A stretch of 64,000 nt of DNA from an uncultured delta proteobacterium (GCA_963766715.1 CAVYBH010000012.1:128001-192000), one strand, 5' to 3'; counted from the first letter of the stretch, positions 32,553 to 44,958 are shown. Numbers and translations are program-made. The notes: generated by a model not told the origin, from the letters alone.

Positions 32553-33350
32553 ATGTCCGGACTCCGCGCCCCGCGCCTCCTCCTGATGCCGCCGCCCTCC
32601 TGCCCGCCATGACCTCTCCCGCCCGTGCCGCCGAGGACCGCCACCGCTTCGCCCCGCTGTCGGACCGACCGGTCCAGGTGGCCTTCCTCCTCTCGGAGGG
32701 CGCGACGCTCATCGACTTCGCCGGCCCGTGGGAGGTCTTCCAGGACGTCATGGTCGACGCCGCCGGGAAGCCGGTCACCCAGGCGGCCCAGCTGGGCCCG
32801 GGCTCCACGGCCCGCCACCCCTTCGCCCTCTACACCGTGGGGGAGAAGCGGGAGGCCATGCGGGTGAGCGGCGGCCTCACCGTGATCCCCGACCACACCT
32901 TCGCCGACGCGCCCCCGCCCGACGTCATCGTGGTCGGCGCGCACCGGCCGTCCGAGGCCGAGCTGGCCTGGCTGAGGCAGGCGAGCGCCCGGGCCGGCCT
33001 GACCCTGTCGGTCTGCACCGGAGCGAGCGTGCTCGCCCGGGCGGGGCTCCTCGACGGGAAGCGGGCCGCCACGCACTACTGGTTCACGGAGGAGTTCGGC
33101 AAGCGCTGGCCCGCCGTCACCTTCGTGGGCGGCGCCCGGTTCGTCGAGAGCGGCAACGTGGCGTCGTCGGCGGGGCTCAGCGCCGGGATCGACCTGGCGC
33201 TGCGGGTGGTGGAGCGCTACCTCGGGCGGGAGGTGGCGCAGGGCACGGCCGACTTCATGGAGTACCAGGGCGAAGGCTGGAAGCAGCCTCCGGGCGCGCC
33301 TCTGCGGCTTCCGGCGGCCGCCGCGGCCGCGCCGCCGTCGCGGCCGCTGA
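32553..33350 (+). CDS. DJ-1/PfpI family protein with probable signal peptide (indels near both ends; boundaries uncertain)
   Basis: DFAGPWEVF, SVCTGA, ATHY, SSAGLSAGID, ADFMEY. Confidence 0.8.
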
Positions 33351-33354
33351 TCCG

Positions 33355-36229
33355 TCACCTCGGATCCGTTCCCAGCCCCTCCTGCACCGCCTTCGCCTCG
33401 GCGAGGAGCGGGAGGTCGGGGGCGGCGTCCCGCCAGGCTTCGAGCAACTCTCCGATCCGCTGCCTGGCCTCGTCGCGACGGCCGAGCGCGTCGAGGGATC
33501 TGGCCGCCACGAGGAGGCTGCGAGGCCAGGCGACGCAGGACCATCCCACCACCGTGGACACGGGGCTCGATCGGTAGGCGTCCATCGCCGCCACGGCCTC
33601 TGCGTGGCGACCGCGTGCGGCCTCGATCTCCCCGAGAGCGTACTGGGCGGCGACGGTCGCCACTCCCTTCCCCTCACCGACCGACCTGGACAGGGCCTCC
33701 GCCTCGTCGAGCCTCCGGGTGCGAAGCGCCTCGAGCGCACGGACGAGGAGGTCGTTCGGCGAGCCGGCGGGGACGGTCCCCGCCAGTTCGGCCGCGAGCG
33801 GGGTCCCCCCGGCAAGCAGGGCGCCTGCGAAGGCGAACCTCGCGACACCCGAGCGAACCTTCTCGGTGCTGCCCGCTCCCCGCCATCCGGGGGCCAGGAT
33901 CTCCAGCTCCTCCCGCGCGTCCTCGCTCCTGGCCGGCGCAGAGGAGACGCACGAAGCGTTGGGGGTGATAGGTCTCGGGGAAGGGCTCGCGCATCGGCTC
34001 CAGCGCCGCGAGGGCATCCTGGCTCCGTCCCTGGAGCGCGATGGCAGCCGAGAGCTGGACGACCGGGTCGCGAATCGTCGGGCGCTGCCCACCGAGGACC
34101 GACGGGCGAAGGAGCGCCTCCACCTCGGCGAAGGCGGCACGCTGGAGCAGCACCGTGGCGAGGGCGTCGCGCGTGAGCGGGGTCGGCTGCATCTCGTACC
34201 CGCGCCGCGCGCTGGCCAGCGCCTCGTCGAGGCGTCCGTTCATGGCGAGCGCATAGGCGAGCATCCGATGGGAAGTGGGGCCGGGCGCGCGCTCCACCCA
34301 TCGCCGGGACAGGTCGAGGAACTCGGCGCCCTTGCCCTGGGAGCGGAGGCACTGGGCCACGTGGATCAGCGCCGGCTCGTAGTGGGGATCGAGCTGCCGA
34401 GCCCGCTCGAAGTACGGGAGGGCCTTCTCGCAAGCTCCCTCGTGGAAGTGGAGGTCGCCCGCCATGTAGAGCACTTCCTTCTCCTCCGGCCAGGACTCCG
34501 CCGCCTGCTCGTACAGTCGATGGGCCTCGTCGTTCCTGCCGTCGAGGTGCGCCTTCCACGCCTGGATGAGAAGCTGGTCCTTCCGGCCCAGCTTTCCCGC
34601 CTGGGCCACGGCCGCCTCGGCGTGGAGCATCGACACGTCGCGTCCCAGGAAGGCCTGATCCGCCCGGACGGCAATCTGGTAGTGGGCGAGGGCAAAGTTC
34701 GGGTCCGCTGCGATGGCCTTGCGGTACTCCGCGCTGGCGTCGTCGTACAGGGACCGCTCGTCCAGTTGACGCCCCCGGAAGTAGTGCTCGTACGCCTCCA
34801 GGCTGGCGGTCGTGGCGTCGGCCACCCGGACCCTCGAGAAGGAGAGGCTGCCCTCCGGGTCGTGCAACTCGGCTCGCGTCCAATCGGAGAGACGGTCGAT
34901 GAGGGAGAGCAGGCCCTTCTTTCCGGTCGTCTGCTCCCGCATGGTGAAGAGGTAATCGTCCCGCTGCGGGTCGAAGGCGCGCATCTCCACCACGTAGACG
35001 TCGTCGAGCCTCCGGACTCCCGCGAGGAGCAGGGCGCGCGCGCCCGACCGCCTCCCGACCTCGCGCGCCAGGGGCTCGTCGATGCGCTCCGCGTTCTCCT
35101 TCCCCAGGGCGCGGAGGTGGTCCGACATCCGCCCTCGCGTCACCACCCGGAGCTTCTTCGACTGCTCGAGGGAGGTGATGAGGAGGCCGGACAGGCCGTC
35201 GAGGGCCGGGTCGCCGGTCTGGTTGGCGAAGTCGGCGACGGCCACCGTGATGCGGCCGTCGCCGTCCTCGAGGAACTGCGTCCTCCAGATGCGCCACGTG
35301 GCCATGCCGGCGACGAGGACCCCCAGGAGCAGGAAGAACCCGCCGAGGAGGGCGAGGCGCCGGAGGCGAGCAGGTCGATCCAGGGCGCGCCGGGTCGCCT
35401 GGAGCACGTCGAGCCATGCCCGACCATCCCGGGGACGCGCCGTCGGGTCGATGGAGGTGGCCGAGGCGACCACCTGGTCCAGTCGGCCGGGGCGTCTCTC
35501 GCCGAGCATCTCGCCCAGCACCCGCCCGGCTGCGAACACGTCCGCCCGCTGGTCCACCTCTTCCCCGCGGGCCTGCTCTGGAGCCATGTACGCGGGGGTA
35601 CCGGCGCCCTTCGCGTCCTGGCTGCCCAGCAGGTGGGCCAGCCCGAAGTCGAGCAGCTTCACCCGCCCGTCCTCGCAGAGGAACACGTTTGCCGGCTTGA
35701 GGTCGCGGTGCAGGACGCCGCGCTCGTGCGCGTGGGCCAGCCCCTTCGCCATCTCCTCCGCGATCCGCAGCGCATCCGCGGAGGACATCGGGCCCCCGGC
35801 AATCCGGCGGGCGAGGGTCTCCCCTCGGAGGAGCTCCATCACGAGGTACGGCCCGGACGAGCAGGACCCGACGTCGAAGAGGGTCACGATGCAGGGATGG
35901 TCGAGGCGCGCCACCGCCTCGGCCTCCTGCTTCATCCAGTCCGTGGAGAGGTCGCTCCTGGGACGGCGGAGCCGCAACGCCTTGACGGCGACGGTCCGGT
36001 TCAGCTGGGTGTCGAAGGCCTCGTACACGGCCCCGAACCCGCCGCGTCCCACCTCGCGCCGGATCTCGAAGCGGCCGACTCGGTCCCCGGCGCGCAACTC
36101 GCACTTCCAGGCAAGGAGGGCGTCCTCGCCGGGAGCGTCGGCCAGTTCCTGGAGGAGTCGGGAGAGCGGTCCGGGGTCGCCGGTGCCCGATGGGTCCGCG
36201 CTGTCGCGCTGCCCGTCGATCCCCGCCAA
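33355..36229 (-). CDS. Membrane Ser/Thr kinase with TolB-N-like and TPR extracytoplasmic region (frameshift near 33930)
   Basis: GRGGFG, AVK, HRDLKPAN, DFG, YMAPE; TM; VAVADFANQTG; TPR-like helices. Confidence 0.88.
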
Positions 36230-36371
36230 GACGAGCCTCCCCGGAACGGATTGGCCAAAGGCTAGCAGGGTCGTTCCGCGGGTGTCACCTGACCCTCCCG
36301 GCCGCGGTCCGGGCGGGGTCGCGCCGACCCCTCGTGGCGAGGCTCCGGGCCGCGCTTAGAATCAGGCGCGC

Positions 36372-38030
36372 GTGCGCCAGTTCGGCAAGTACCTCCTCAT
36401 CGAGCCCATCGCCTCCGGCGGGATGGCGGAGGTGTGGCGTGCGGAGGTGGCCGGGCCGGCCGGGTTCGTGAAGCAGGTGGCGGTGAAGCTCGTGCGCGCC
36501 GATCGCGGCGACGACGACGAGATGATCCGCATGTTCATCCAGGAGGCCAAGCTCGCCTCCTGCCTCCACCACGCGAACATCGTGCAGGTGTACGGGCTCG
36601 ACCTCATCGAGGGACGCTACGTCATCGCGATGGAGCTCGTGCACGGGCGCAGCCTCCGCGCCGTCCTCGATCGCTGTCGGGAGACCAACGTCCGGTTCGG
36701 CCTTCCACGCGCGGTCCACGTGGTCGAGCAGGTGGCCCGCGCGCTGGCGTACGCCCACCGCCCGGTGGCCGAGGGCGGTCCGGCGGGGCTGGTCCACCGC
36801 GACGTGTCGCCGCACAACGTGCTCGTCTCCTTCGAGGGCGAGGTGAAGCTCACCGACTTCGGCATCGCGCGCGTCGAGGGCGCCGGCGGACTGACCGGCC
36901 CGGGCACCTTGAAGGGCAAGATCGGCTACATGGCGCCCGAGCACGCCATGGCGGCGCCGGTCGACGCGCGCGCCGACCTCTTCGCCCTGGGCGTCGTGCT
37001 CTGGGAGATGTGCACCGGCCAGCGCCTCTTCGCGCGCGACACCGAGGCGGCCACGCTGCGCGTGCTCATCGGGGACGAGCGGATCTCGCCGCCCTCCTTC
37101 TGGAACGAGCTCGTCCCGCCGGAGCTGGACGCCATCGTCCTCGGGGCGCTGGAGCGCGACCCGGCCCGACGCACGTCGTCGGCCGACGAGGTGGCCCGGC
37201 GGCTGGCCGAGGTGGAGCGGGCGCTCTCGCGGACGCCGGAGGATCGGGACCTGCGGCCGCTCATGCGCCGCCTCTGGCCCGGCGAGCTTCCCTCGCGCCC
37301 CACGCCGACGGCGTCCTCGGTGACTGGAGAGGATCGCCCAGGCCCGGCCGACGTCGCGCCGTACCCGCAGGACGCTCCCACGGCGACCTGGCCGCCCCGG
37401 AAGCGGTGGCGCCTCGCCGCATCGATCGCCGGACTCGTCGCGGTGACCGCTGCGGTCGGCGTGGGCGCCTGGATGGGCGCGCGCGGGGGCGCGCCGGCCC
37501 GCGCCGCCGGCGAGCCGTTCCCCGTCGCACTGGAGGCGAAGGCCACGCCGTCCGCGCCGGCCCCCTTCGGCGCCGCCCCGTCCGCCGGTTCCGTCTCGCA
37601 GTCCGCCGTCGCGCCACCCGCCGCCACCCGCCGGTGGCCGTCGCCCGTCCGTCACCGGCTTCGGCCCCGGCAGGGGAGGGGAGCGGTGCCGGGGCGCCCG
37701 CCCGCGCCGGCTCCGCCCCGGTCCGCTCCGGCTCCGTCCGCTGCGCCGGCGCGCACGAAGCGCCCCGTCGTCCTGGCCTCCGCGGACGCGCTCGAGGGGC
37801 TCGAGGTCCCGCCCGCGTCGAGCGGCCAGGGCATCCTCTTCGTGAACGCCACCCCGTGGGCGGAGATCCACGTCGACGGGATCCCGGAGGGCTACACGCC
37901 CCGGGAGATGCGGCTCGCCGCCGGCACCCATCGGCTGAAGCTCGTCCATCCCACCCGCGGCACGGTGGTGAAGGACGCCCAGGTCCGCGCCGGCGAGCGC
38001 GTGCGCATCGAGACCAGCCTGGGTCCGTAG
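36372..38030 (+). CDS. Membrane Ser/Thr kinase with C-terminal PEGA domain
   Basis: [28 protein letters not shown]; Pro/Ala linker; [12 protein letters not shown]...GTHRL. Confidence 0.9.
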   Translation: MRQFGKYLLIEPIASGGMAEVWRAEVAGPAGFVKQVAVKLVRADRGDDDEMIRMFIQEAKLASCLHHANIVQVYGLDLIEGRYVIAMELVHGRSLRAVLDRCRETNVRFGLPRAVHVVEQVARALAYAHRPVAEGGPAGLVHRDVSPHNVLVSFEGEVKLTDFGIARVEGAGGLTGPGTLKGKIGYMAPEHAMAAPVDARADLFALGVVLWEMCTGQRLFARDTEAATLRVLIGDERISPPSFWNELVPPELDAIVLGALERDPARRTSSADEVARRLAEVERALSRTPEDRDLRPLMRRLWPGELPSRPTPTASSVTGEDRPGPADVAPYPQDAPTATWPPRKRWRLAASIAGLVAVTAAVGVGAWMGARGGAPARAAGEPFPVALEAKATPSAPAPFGAAPSAGSVSQSAVAPPAATRRWPSPVRHRLRPRQGRGAVPGRPPAPAPPRSAPAPSAAPARTKRPVVLASADALEGLEVPPASSGQGILFVNATPWAEIHVDGIPEGYTPREMRLAAGTHRLKLVHPTRGTVVKDAQVRAGERVRIETSLGP

Positions 38031-38109
38031 CACCCGCCGGTCCCGCTCCACCCACGGTCCTTCCTCCTCCGTCCGGAGGCACGCCCCACGTGTCCCCCTC
38101 CCGTGGGCA

Positions 38110-38174
38110 TTGACGGGATCCATTCAATGGATTAGCGTTCCGTCCAGATTCGCAAAACCAAATCTTGAATGGAT
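38110..38174 (+). promoter_or_regulatory. Sigma70 promoter with dyad operator in the spacer
   Basis: TTGACG-17 bp-TAGCGT; ATCCATT-C-AATGGAT palindrome at 38118-38132; TTGAATGGAT copy over the start codon. Confidence 0.7.
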
Positions 38175-38675
38175 TTCCTGGTTCCACAGACCGAGATTGG
38201 CCGGCTCGAGCGAGAGCGGGCCGGAGGCATCACCAGCCGCGAGGTGGTGCGGATCTTCGAGTCGCGTGGGGCCCGGCTCTCCGAGTCGACCTTCCGCAAG
38301 TACGTCCAGGTCGGGCTGCTCCCCCGCAGCCGCCGGGTGGGGCGCAAGGGCAAGCACACCGGGTCCACCGGGCTCTACCCGGTCGACGTGGTGCGCCGGA
38401 TCAACCTCATCAAGCGGATGATGGCCGAGGGCATGACCCTCGAGGAGATCCGGGACAGCTTCGTGGGGCTGAAGAACCAGCTCTGCGACGTCGAGCAGGG
38501 CTTCTCCACGTTGCTCTCCGAGCTGTCGCGAAAGGCGCGGTCGCACCCGCACCGGCGGCAGATGGAGGGCGAGCTGGGGAGGGCGCAGCGCGAGGTCCGC
38601 CAGGCGCTCCGGCGCATCGAGAAGGTCGGCGGGAGGGTGGCGACGGTGAGGCGAGAACTGGTACAGGCGAGCTGA
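38169..38675 (+). CDS. MerR-like HTH regulator
   Basis: [13 protein letters not shown]...GLYP...[15 protein letters not shown], then coiled coil. Confidence 0.8.
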   Translation: MDFLVPQTEIGRLERERAGGITSREVVRIFESRGARLSESTFRKYVQVGLLPRSRRVGRKGKHTGSTGLYPVDVVRRINLIKRMMAEGMTLEEIRDSFVGLKNQLCDVEQGFSTLLSELSRKARSHPHRRQMEGELGRAQREVRQALRRIEKVGGRVATVRRELVQAS

Positions 38676-38737
38676 GCATCGGCCGGCGGCACCGCAAACG
38701 GCGGGGCCCGGCGTGTACGGGGAAGGGAGGCGGCGTG

Positions 38738-39286
<549 letters not shown>

Positions 39287-39372
39287 GGCCGCGAGCGCGC
39301 CCTGCTCGGCGCGCTTGAAGTCCCCCGCGGCGAACGCTAGAAGGGACGCCCCCGCTCCGCCGGAGGTGTCCC

Positions 39373-40950
39373 TTGGCCGTTCGCCGCGCATTGCTTTCCG
39401 TCTCCGACAAGACCGGGCTCGTGCCCTTCGCGCGCCGCCTGGCGGCGCGAGGCATCGAGCTCCTCTCCACCGGGGGCACCCAGAAGGCCCTCGCCGACGC
39501 CGGGATCCGGGTCACCCCGGTCGGCGACTACACCGCCGCCCCGGAGATCCTCGGCGGCCGGGTGAAGACCCTCCACCCCCGCGTCCACGGCGGCATCCTC
39601 TACCGGCGCGGCCTGGCCTCCGACGAGGCCGACGTGAAGGCCCGCGACATCCCGCCCATCGACCTCGTGGTGGTGAACCTCTACCCGTTCCGCGAGGCGG
39701 TGGCGGCGGGGAAGCCCTTCGACGAGGTGGTCGAGGAGATCGACATCGGCGGCCCGGCCATGGTCCGCAGCTCGGCCAAGAACTCGGCCCACGTGGGCGT
39801 GGTGGTCGACCCCGCCGACTACGAGCGGGTGGCCGGCGAGATCGAGAAGGACGGGGTCCTCTGCGACGCCACCCGCTTCGCGCTGATGAAGAAGGCCTTC
39901 GCCCACACGGCGGCCTACGACGCGGCCATCGCCGAGTACCTCTCCTCCCGGCCCCAGCCCGACGCCGCGCCGGTCCGCTTCCCGGTCACGCTCGCCGCCA
40001 CCTGGAACAAGGTGCAGGACCTCCGCTACGGCGAGAATCCCCACCAGGCCGGCGCGTTCTACCGCGCTCCCCGGGAGCCGGAGGAGCCCACCGTGGCCTT
40101 CGCCCAGGTGCTCCAGGGCAAGGAGCTCTCGTACAACAACCTGCTCGACCTCGAGGCGGCGCTCGCCGCCGTGAAGGAGTACGACGCCACCGCCTGCGTG
40201 GTCATCAAGCACAACACGCCGAGCGGCGTGTCGATGGGGGCGACCCCGGCCGAGGCCTTCGCCCGGGCGCGCGACTGCGATCCGGTCTCGGCCTTCGGCG
40301 GGATCGTCGCGCTGAACCGGCCCGTGGACGCGGCGGCGGCGAAGGAGCTGGCCGGCCTCTTCCTCGAGTGCGTCATCGCCCCGGCCTACGCGGACGAGGC
40401 GCGCGAGCTCCTGGCCACGAAGAAGAACCTCCGGCTGCTCCTGAGCCCGCGGCTCGGGGAGCCCCGCGCCACCTGGAAGCGCCGTCCCGAGGAGGCGCGC
40501 GAGCTCCGCTCCATCACGGGCGGCCTGCTGGTCATGGACCGCGACCTGGGGAGCATCCGGCGCGAGGACTGCAAGGTGATGACGAAGCGGGCCCCGACCG
40601 AGAAGGAGTGGGAGGACCTGCTCTTCGCCTGGAAGGTCGTGAAGCACGTGAAGTCGAACGCCATCGTCTTCGCCGCCGGCGACCGGACGCTGGCCATCGG
40701 CGGCGGCCAGACCAGCCGGGTCGAGTCGGTCAAGATCGCCCGGATGAAGGCCCGCTTCCCCCTGGCCGGCAGCTCGGTCGGGTCGGACGCCTTCTTCCCG
40801 TTCCCCGACGGCGTGGAGGAGATCATCGCCGCGGGGGCCTCCGCCATCATCCAGCCTGGGGGCTCCGTCCGGGACGCGGAGGTGGTCGCCGTGGCCGACG
40901 CCGCCGGGATCGCCATGGTGGCCACCGGGATGCGTCACTTCCGGCACTAG
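39373..40950 (+). CDS. purH: Bifunctional AICAR transformylase/IMP cyclohydrolase
   Basis: ALLSVSDKTG, GRVKTLHP, LRYGENPHQ, KHVKSNAI, SDAFFPF, RHFRH. Confidence 0.98.
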   Translation: MAVRRALLSVSDKTGLVPFARRLAARGIELLSTGGTQKALADAGIRVTPVGDYTAAPEILGGRVKTLHPRVHGGILYRRGLASDEADVKARDIPPIDLVVVNLYPFREAVAAGKPFDEVVEEIDIGGPAMVRSSAKNSAHVGVVVDPADYERVAGEIEKDGVLCDATRFALMKKAFAHTAAYDAAIAEYLSSRPQPDAAPVRFPVTLAATWNKVQDLRYGENPHQAGAFYRAPREPEEPTVAFAQVLQGKELSYNNLLDLEAALAAVKEYDATACVVIKHNTPSGVSMGATPAEAFARARDCDPVSAFGGIVALNRPVDAAAAKELAGLFLECVIAPAYADEARELLATKKNLRLLLSPRLGEPRATWKRRPEEARELRSITGGLLVMDRDLGSIRREDCKVMTKRAPTEKEWEDLLFAWKVVKHVKSNAIVFAAGDRTLAIGGGQTSRVESVKIARMKARFPLAGSSVGSDAFFPFPDGVEEIIAAGASAIIQPGGSVRDAEVVAVADAAGIAMVATGMRHFRH

Positions 40951-40993
40951 GCGCTTTCGAGGACGGCCGCCCGCCGTGATATACCGCCGGCTG

Positions 40994-42271
40994 ATGCGAA
41001 TCCTCGTCGTCGGAGGGGGCGGACGGGAGCACGCCCTCGTCTGGAAGATCGCCCAGAGCCCGCTCGCGGAGAAGGTGTTCTGCGCGCCCGGCAACCCGGG
41101 AACCGCGCGCCTGGCCGAGAACGTCGCCATCCCGGCCGACGACGTGGACGGCCTCGCCGGCTGGGCGGTGGAGAACCGCATCGACCTCGTCGTGGTCGGG
41201 CCGGAGGCGCCGCTCGTGCTGGGCATCGCCGACCGGCTCGCCGCCGCCGGGATCGCGGTCTTCGGGCCGAGCGCCGCCGGCGCGCAGCTCGAGGGGTCGA
41301 AGGCCTTCGCCAAGGAGGTCATGAAGGCGGCCGGCATCCCCACCGCCGACCACGGCGCCTTCGAGGCCCTGGGCCCCGCGCTCGCCCGGGCCCGCGCCGC
41401 CGACGGCCGGGTGGTGGTGAAGGCGGACGGCCTCGCGGCGGGCAAGGGCGTCGTGGTGTGCGGGAGCCTGCCCGAGGCCGAGGACGCGCTTCGCGCCATC
41501 CTGGTCGACCGGATCCACGGTGCGGCCGGGGCCCGGGTGGTGGTGGAGGAGCTCCTCGAGGGGCCCGAGGTGAGCGTCATCTCGCTCGTCGACGGGGAGC
41601 GGGTGCTGGTCCTTCCGCCGGCCCAGGACCACAAGCGGATCTTCGACGGCGACCGCGGTCCCAACACCGGAGGAATGGGGGCCTTCACGCCCACGCCCAC
41701 GGTGGACGCCCGCTTCCTCGACGACGTCCGGGATCGCGTGCTGCTCCCCACGGTGCGGGAGATGGCGCGGCGCGGAACCCCCTTCCGCGGGGCGCTCTAC
41801 GCCGGGCTGATGCTCACCAAGGACGGCCCCAAGGTCCTGGAGTTCAACACCCGGTTCGGCGATCCGGAGACCCAGCCCATCCTGATGCGGCTCTCGGGCG
41901 ACCTCGTTCCCGCGCTGCTCGGCGCGGCGCGAGGCGACCTCTCGCAGGTCCAGCTGGAGGTCGACCCCCGCGCGGCCGTCGGCGTGGTCATGGCGGCCGA
42001 GGGCTATCCGGGCCGCGTCACCACCGGAGACGTCATCGAGGGAGCCGACGGGCCGTTCCCGCCCGGCGTCCAGGTCTTCCAGGCCGGGACCCGGCGCAGC
42101 GCCGACGGGCGCCTGGTGACCTCCGGCGGGCGCGTCCTCACCGTCTGCGCGCTCGGCGCGGATCGAGCCGAGGCCGCGGCGCGCGCTTACGAGACCGTGG
42201 CCCGCGTGCACTTCCGGGGATCCCAGTACCGCCGTGACATCGGGCGCACCGGCCCCAGGGAGGCGACATGA
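40994..42271 (+). CDS. purD: Phosphoribosylamine-glycine ligase
   Basis: GGGGREHAL, KADGLAAGKG, QDHKR, EFNTRFGDPE, GGRV. Confidence 0.98.
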   Translation: MRILVVGGGGREHALVWKIAQSPLAEKVFCAPGNPGTARLAENVAIPADDVDGLAGWAVENRIDLVVVGPEAPLVLGIADRLAAAGIAVFGPSAAGAQLEGSKAFAKEVMKAAGIPTADHGAFEALGPALARARAADGRVVVKADGLAAGKGVVVCGSLPEAEDALRAILVDRIHGAAGARVVVEELLEGPEVSVISLVDGERVLVLPPAQDHKRIFDGDRGPNTGGMGAFTPTPTVDARFLDDVRDRVLLPTVREMARRGTPFRGALYAGLMLTKDGPKVLEFNTRFGDPETQPILMRLSGDLVPALLGAARGDLSQVQLEVDPRAAVGVVMAAEGYPGRVTTGDVIEGADGPFPPGVQVFQAGTRRSADGRLVTSGGRVLTVCALGADRAEAAARAYETVARVHFRGSQYRRDIGRTGPREAT

Positions 42272-42783
42272 GCGCGAAGGTCCTCATCCTCATGGGATCC
42301 GACTCGGACTGGGAAGTGATGTCCGAGGCGCGCAAGGCGCTCGAGGAGATGGGGATCGAGGCGGAGATCCACGTCTCGTCGGCCCACCGCACCCCGACCC
42401 GCACCGGCTCGCTGGCCCGGGAGGCCGCCTCGCGCGGCATCCAGGTCATCATCTGCGGCGCCGGCGCCGCCGCGCACCTGGCCGGCGTGGTCGCCGCGGA
42501 GAGCGAGCTGCCGGTCCTGGGCGTCCCGCTGCCCTCGAGCGACCTCTTCGGCCTCGACGCGCTCCTCTCCACCGCGCAGATGCCCGGCGGGGTTCCGGTG
42601 GGGACGATGGCGGTCGGCAAGGCCGGGGCCCGGAACGCCGGGCTCCTCGCCGCCCGGATCATCGCGCTCTCCGACCCGGCGCTGGCGGCCCGGGTCCGGG
42701 AGCAGCGCGCCCGGATGGCCCGCGAGGTCGAGGCCAAGGACGCGGCCCTCCAGCTGAGACTGCAGGCCGACAAGAAGGCGTGA
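42268..42783 (+). CDS. purE: N5-CAIR mutase
   Basis: MGSDSD, SAHRTP, AAHLAG, QMPGGVPV. Confidence 0.97.
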   Translation: MSAKVLILMGSDSDWEVMSEARKALEEMGIEAEIHVSSAHRTPTRTGSLAREAASRGIQVIICGAGAAAHLAGVVAAESELPVLGVPLPSSDLFGLDALLSTAQMPGGVPVGTMAVGKAGARNAGLLAARIIALSDPALAARVREQRARMAREVEAKDAALQLRLQADKKA

Positions 42784-43880
42784 CGCGGCTCGACCGCTAC
42801 CTCGCGCGCGAGATCCTGCTGCCGTTCGCGGCGGCGCTCCTGTTCCTCACGCAGCTCCTGCTGGCCTCCCAGCTCCTCGCCCAGGCCGACGTCCTCTTCG
42901 GGGGCGGCGTGTCCCCGCTGGACGTGGCGCGCATCCTCGTCGACCTCATCCCGCACCTCCTCGAGTACGTGCTCCCGGTGGCCTTCCTGCTCGGCGCGGT
43001 GCTCGGAGTGGGCCGGCTGGCGGAGGACCGGGAGGTGGTGGCGCTCTCGTCGGTCGGCGTCTCGCCGGTCCACCTGGTGCGGGTCCCGCTCCTGCTCGGG
43101 GGCGCGGTGTCGCTCGTGGCGCTCGTCATGGCCCTCGTGGTGGCGCCGGCGGGCCTGCGCGACGCACGCCGCCGGGTGGACGACGTGATCCGCAAGAACC
43201 TCCAGGGGGAGATCCGCTCCGGGGTCTTCTACGAGGAGATCCCGGGGATCACCCTCCACGCCGCGCACGCCGGCAAGGACGGCTACCGGGACCTCCTCAT
43301 CGCCGACCGGACGAACCCGTCGGCGCCGGTGCTGGTCTTCGCGCGGTCCGGCATTCTCGAGGCCACCGCGTCGGGCGGGCTGCGGCTCGTCCTGCGCGAC
43401 GGCGAGATCCACCGGGAGGAGCCCGGCGCCCGCGACTACGTCCTCGCCCGCTTCGCGCGCGCCACCGCCGACCTCGGCCTGGGACGGGCGCTCGACGCCC
43501 GCAACACGCTCTCCGGCTCGGCCTTCGAGCTCCGGCCCGGCGAGATCCTGGCGGCCGCCGGCGACGGGAAGCCGGGGAGCCGGCAGTACTGGCTCACCTT
43601 CCTCTGGCGGCGCATCGCCGTGCCGCTCGGCATCCTGGCGCTGGGGCTGCTCGCCGTGCCCATCGCGGCCATGCGCCGGGGCGGGAGGGCCGCCGGGTAC
43701 GGCGTGACGTTGCTGGCCGTGGTGGGCTACTACGCGCTGCTCCGGGTCGGGGAAGGGCTCGGGCACGACGGGGTGCTCCCTCCCTGGCTGGCCGCCAACC
43801 TCGCCAACGTGGTGGTGGTCGCCGCAGCCGTCGGGATGCTGGCCGTGCTCGCGCGGCGGGGCACGGGGGCGGTCCGGTGA
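42780..43880 (+). CDS. lptF: LptF/LptG family permease
   Basis: LDRYLAREI, GRLAEDREVVAL..G; 3+3 TM layout. Confidence 0.82.
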   Translation: MTRLDRYLAREILLPFAAALLFLTQLLLASQLLAQADVLFGGGVSPLDVARILVDLIPHLLEYVLPVAFLLGAVLGVGRLAEDREVVALSSVGVSPVHLVRVPLLLGGAVSLVALVMALVVAPAGLRDARRRVDDVIRKNLQGEIRSGVFYEEIPGITLHAAHAGKDGYRDLLIADRTNPSAPVLVFARSGILEATASGGLRLVLRDGEIHREEPGARDYVLARFARATADLGLGRALDARNTLSGSAFELRPGEILAAAGDGKPGSRQYWLTFLWRRIAVPLGILALGLLAVPIAAMRRGGRAAGYGVTLLAVVGYYALLRVGEGLGHDGVLPPWLAANLANVVVVAAAVGMLAVLARRGTGAVR

Positions 43881-44953
43881 CGCTCTTCCTCCACCTGGCG
43901 CGGCGCGCGCTGGCCGGGTTCCTCGGCGCGCTCGCGGCGGTCGTCGTCCTGTTCCTCGCGGTCGAGTTCGCGGAGGGTGCGAGCGCCTTCAAGGGCGAGG
44001 GCGCGCTGCGGGCCGCGGCGATGGTCTACCTGTACCGGGCCGCGGCGGTGGCCTGGCAGACCGCCCCGGCCGCCATGCTGCTCGCCGCATCCCTGACGGC
44101 CTCCGGGATCCGGCGGACCCGCGAGTACGACGCCATGCGCGCCCTCGGCCTCGGACCGTGGCGGGTCGCGCTCCCCGTCCTCGCGGTGGCCGCGGCGGTG
44201 GCGGGCGGCATGGTGGTCTTCGACGACCACTTCGCCGCCGGTGCGGCCGCGAAGGCCGACGAGATCAAGGCGGCGCGCGGGGTCGGCAGCAACGCCTGGG
44301 CGCGGTGGCAGGAGCGGAAGACCTGGTTCCGCGGGCGGGACGGGAAGCGGCTGTACGAGCTTCGCGCCTCGGGTCCGGAGGGGTCGTTCGAGCGGGTCAC
44401 CATCCTCGACGTCGGGCCGTCCTTCCGGCTGGTCCGGCGCGTGGACGCCGCCCGGATGGTTCCCGGCCCGGGGGGCGAGTGGATCCTGGAGGAGGTCGAG
44501 GAGAGGCGATTCGCCGACGACGGGACCATGGCGCTCGACCGGACGCCCCGGCGCGCCTACCGGTTCGACGAGGACCCGATGGCCTTCGCGGTCCGCCCCG
44601 GCTGGCCGGCCCAGATGAACCGGGCGGTGCTCGCGGAGCAGGTGGCGGTCCGGTCGCGGCTCGGGCTCCCCACCGCCGAGTACGCGCTCGAGTGGTACCG
44701 CAAGCTCGCCTATCCGTTCGCCGCGGTCCCGGCCAGCCTGCTGGCGCTGGCGCTGGCGCTCCGGCGAAACCGGAAGGGCTTCGTCACGGCCTCCCTGATC
44801 GAGTCGGTGGGGGTCTCGCTCGTCTTCTACGCGCTGCAGGGGCTCTCCTGGTCGCTCGCCCGGTCCGGGCAGCTTCCGCCGGCCGCCGCGGCCTGGCTGC
44901 CCGACCTGGCGTTCGCGGCCGCCGGGCTGTGGGCGCTTCGCCGGTGGAGGTGA
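43877..44953 (+). CDS. lptG: LptF/LptG family permease
   Basis: EYDAMRALG, KLAYPF, AAWLP; tandem with lptF. Confidence 0.82.
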   Translation: MTLFLHLARRALAGFLGALAAVVVLFLAVEFAEGASAFKGEGALRAAAMVYLYRAAAVAWQTAPAAMLLAASLTASGIRRTREYDAMRALGLGPWRVALPVLAVAAAVAGGMVVFDDHFAAGAAAKADEIKAARGVGSNAWARWQERKTWFRGRDGKRLYELRASGPEGSFERVTILDVGPSFRLVRRVDAARMVPGPGGEWILEEVEERRFADDGTMALDRTPRRAYRFDEDPMAFAVRPGWPAQMNRAVLAEQVAVRSRLGLPTAEYALEWYRKLAYPFAAVPASLLALALALRRNRKGFVTASLIESVGVSLVFYALQGLSWSLARSGQLPPAAAAWLPDLAFAAAGLWALRRWR

Positions 44954-44958
44954 GGGGA

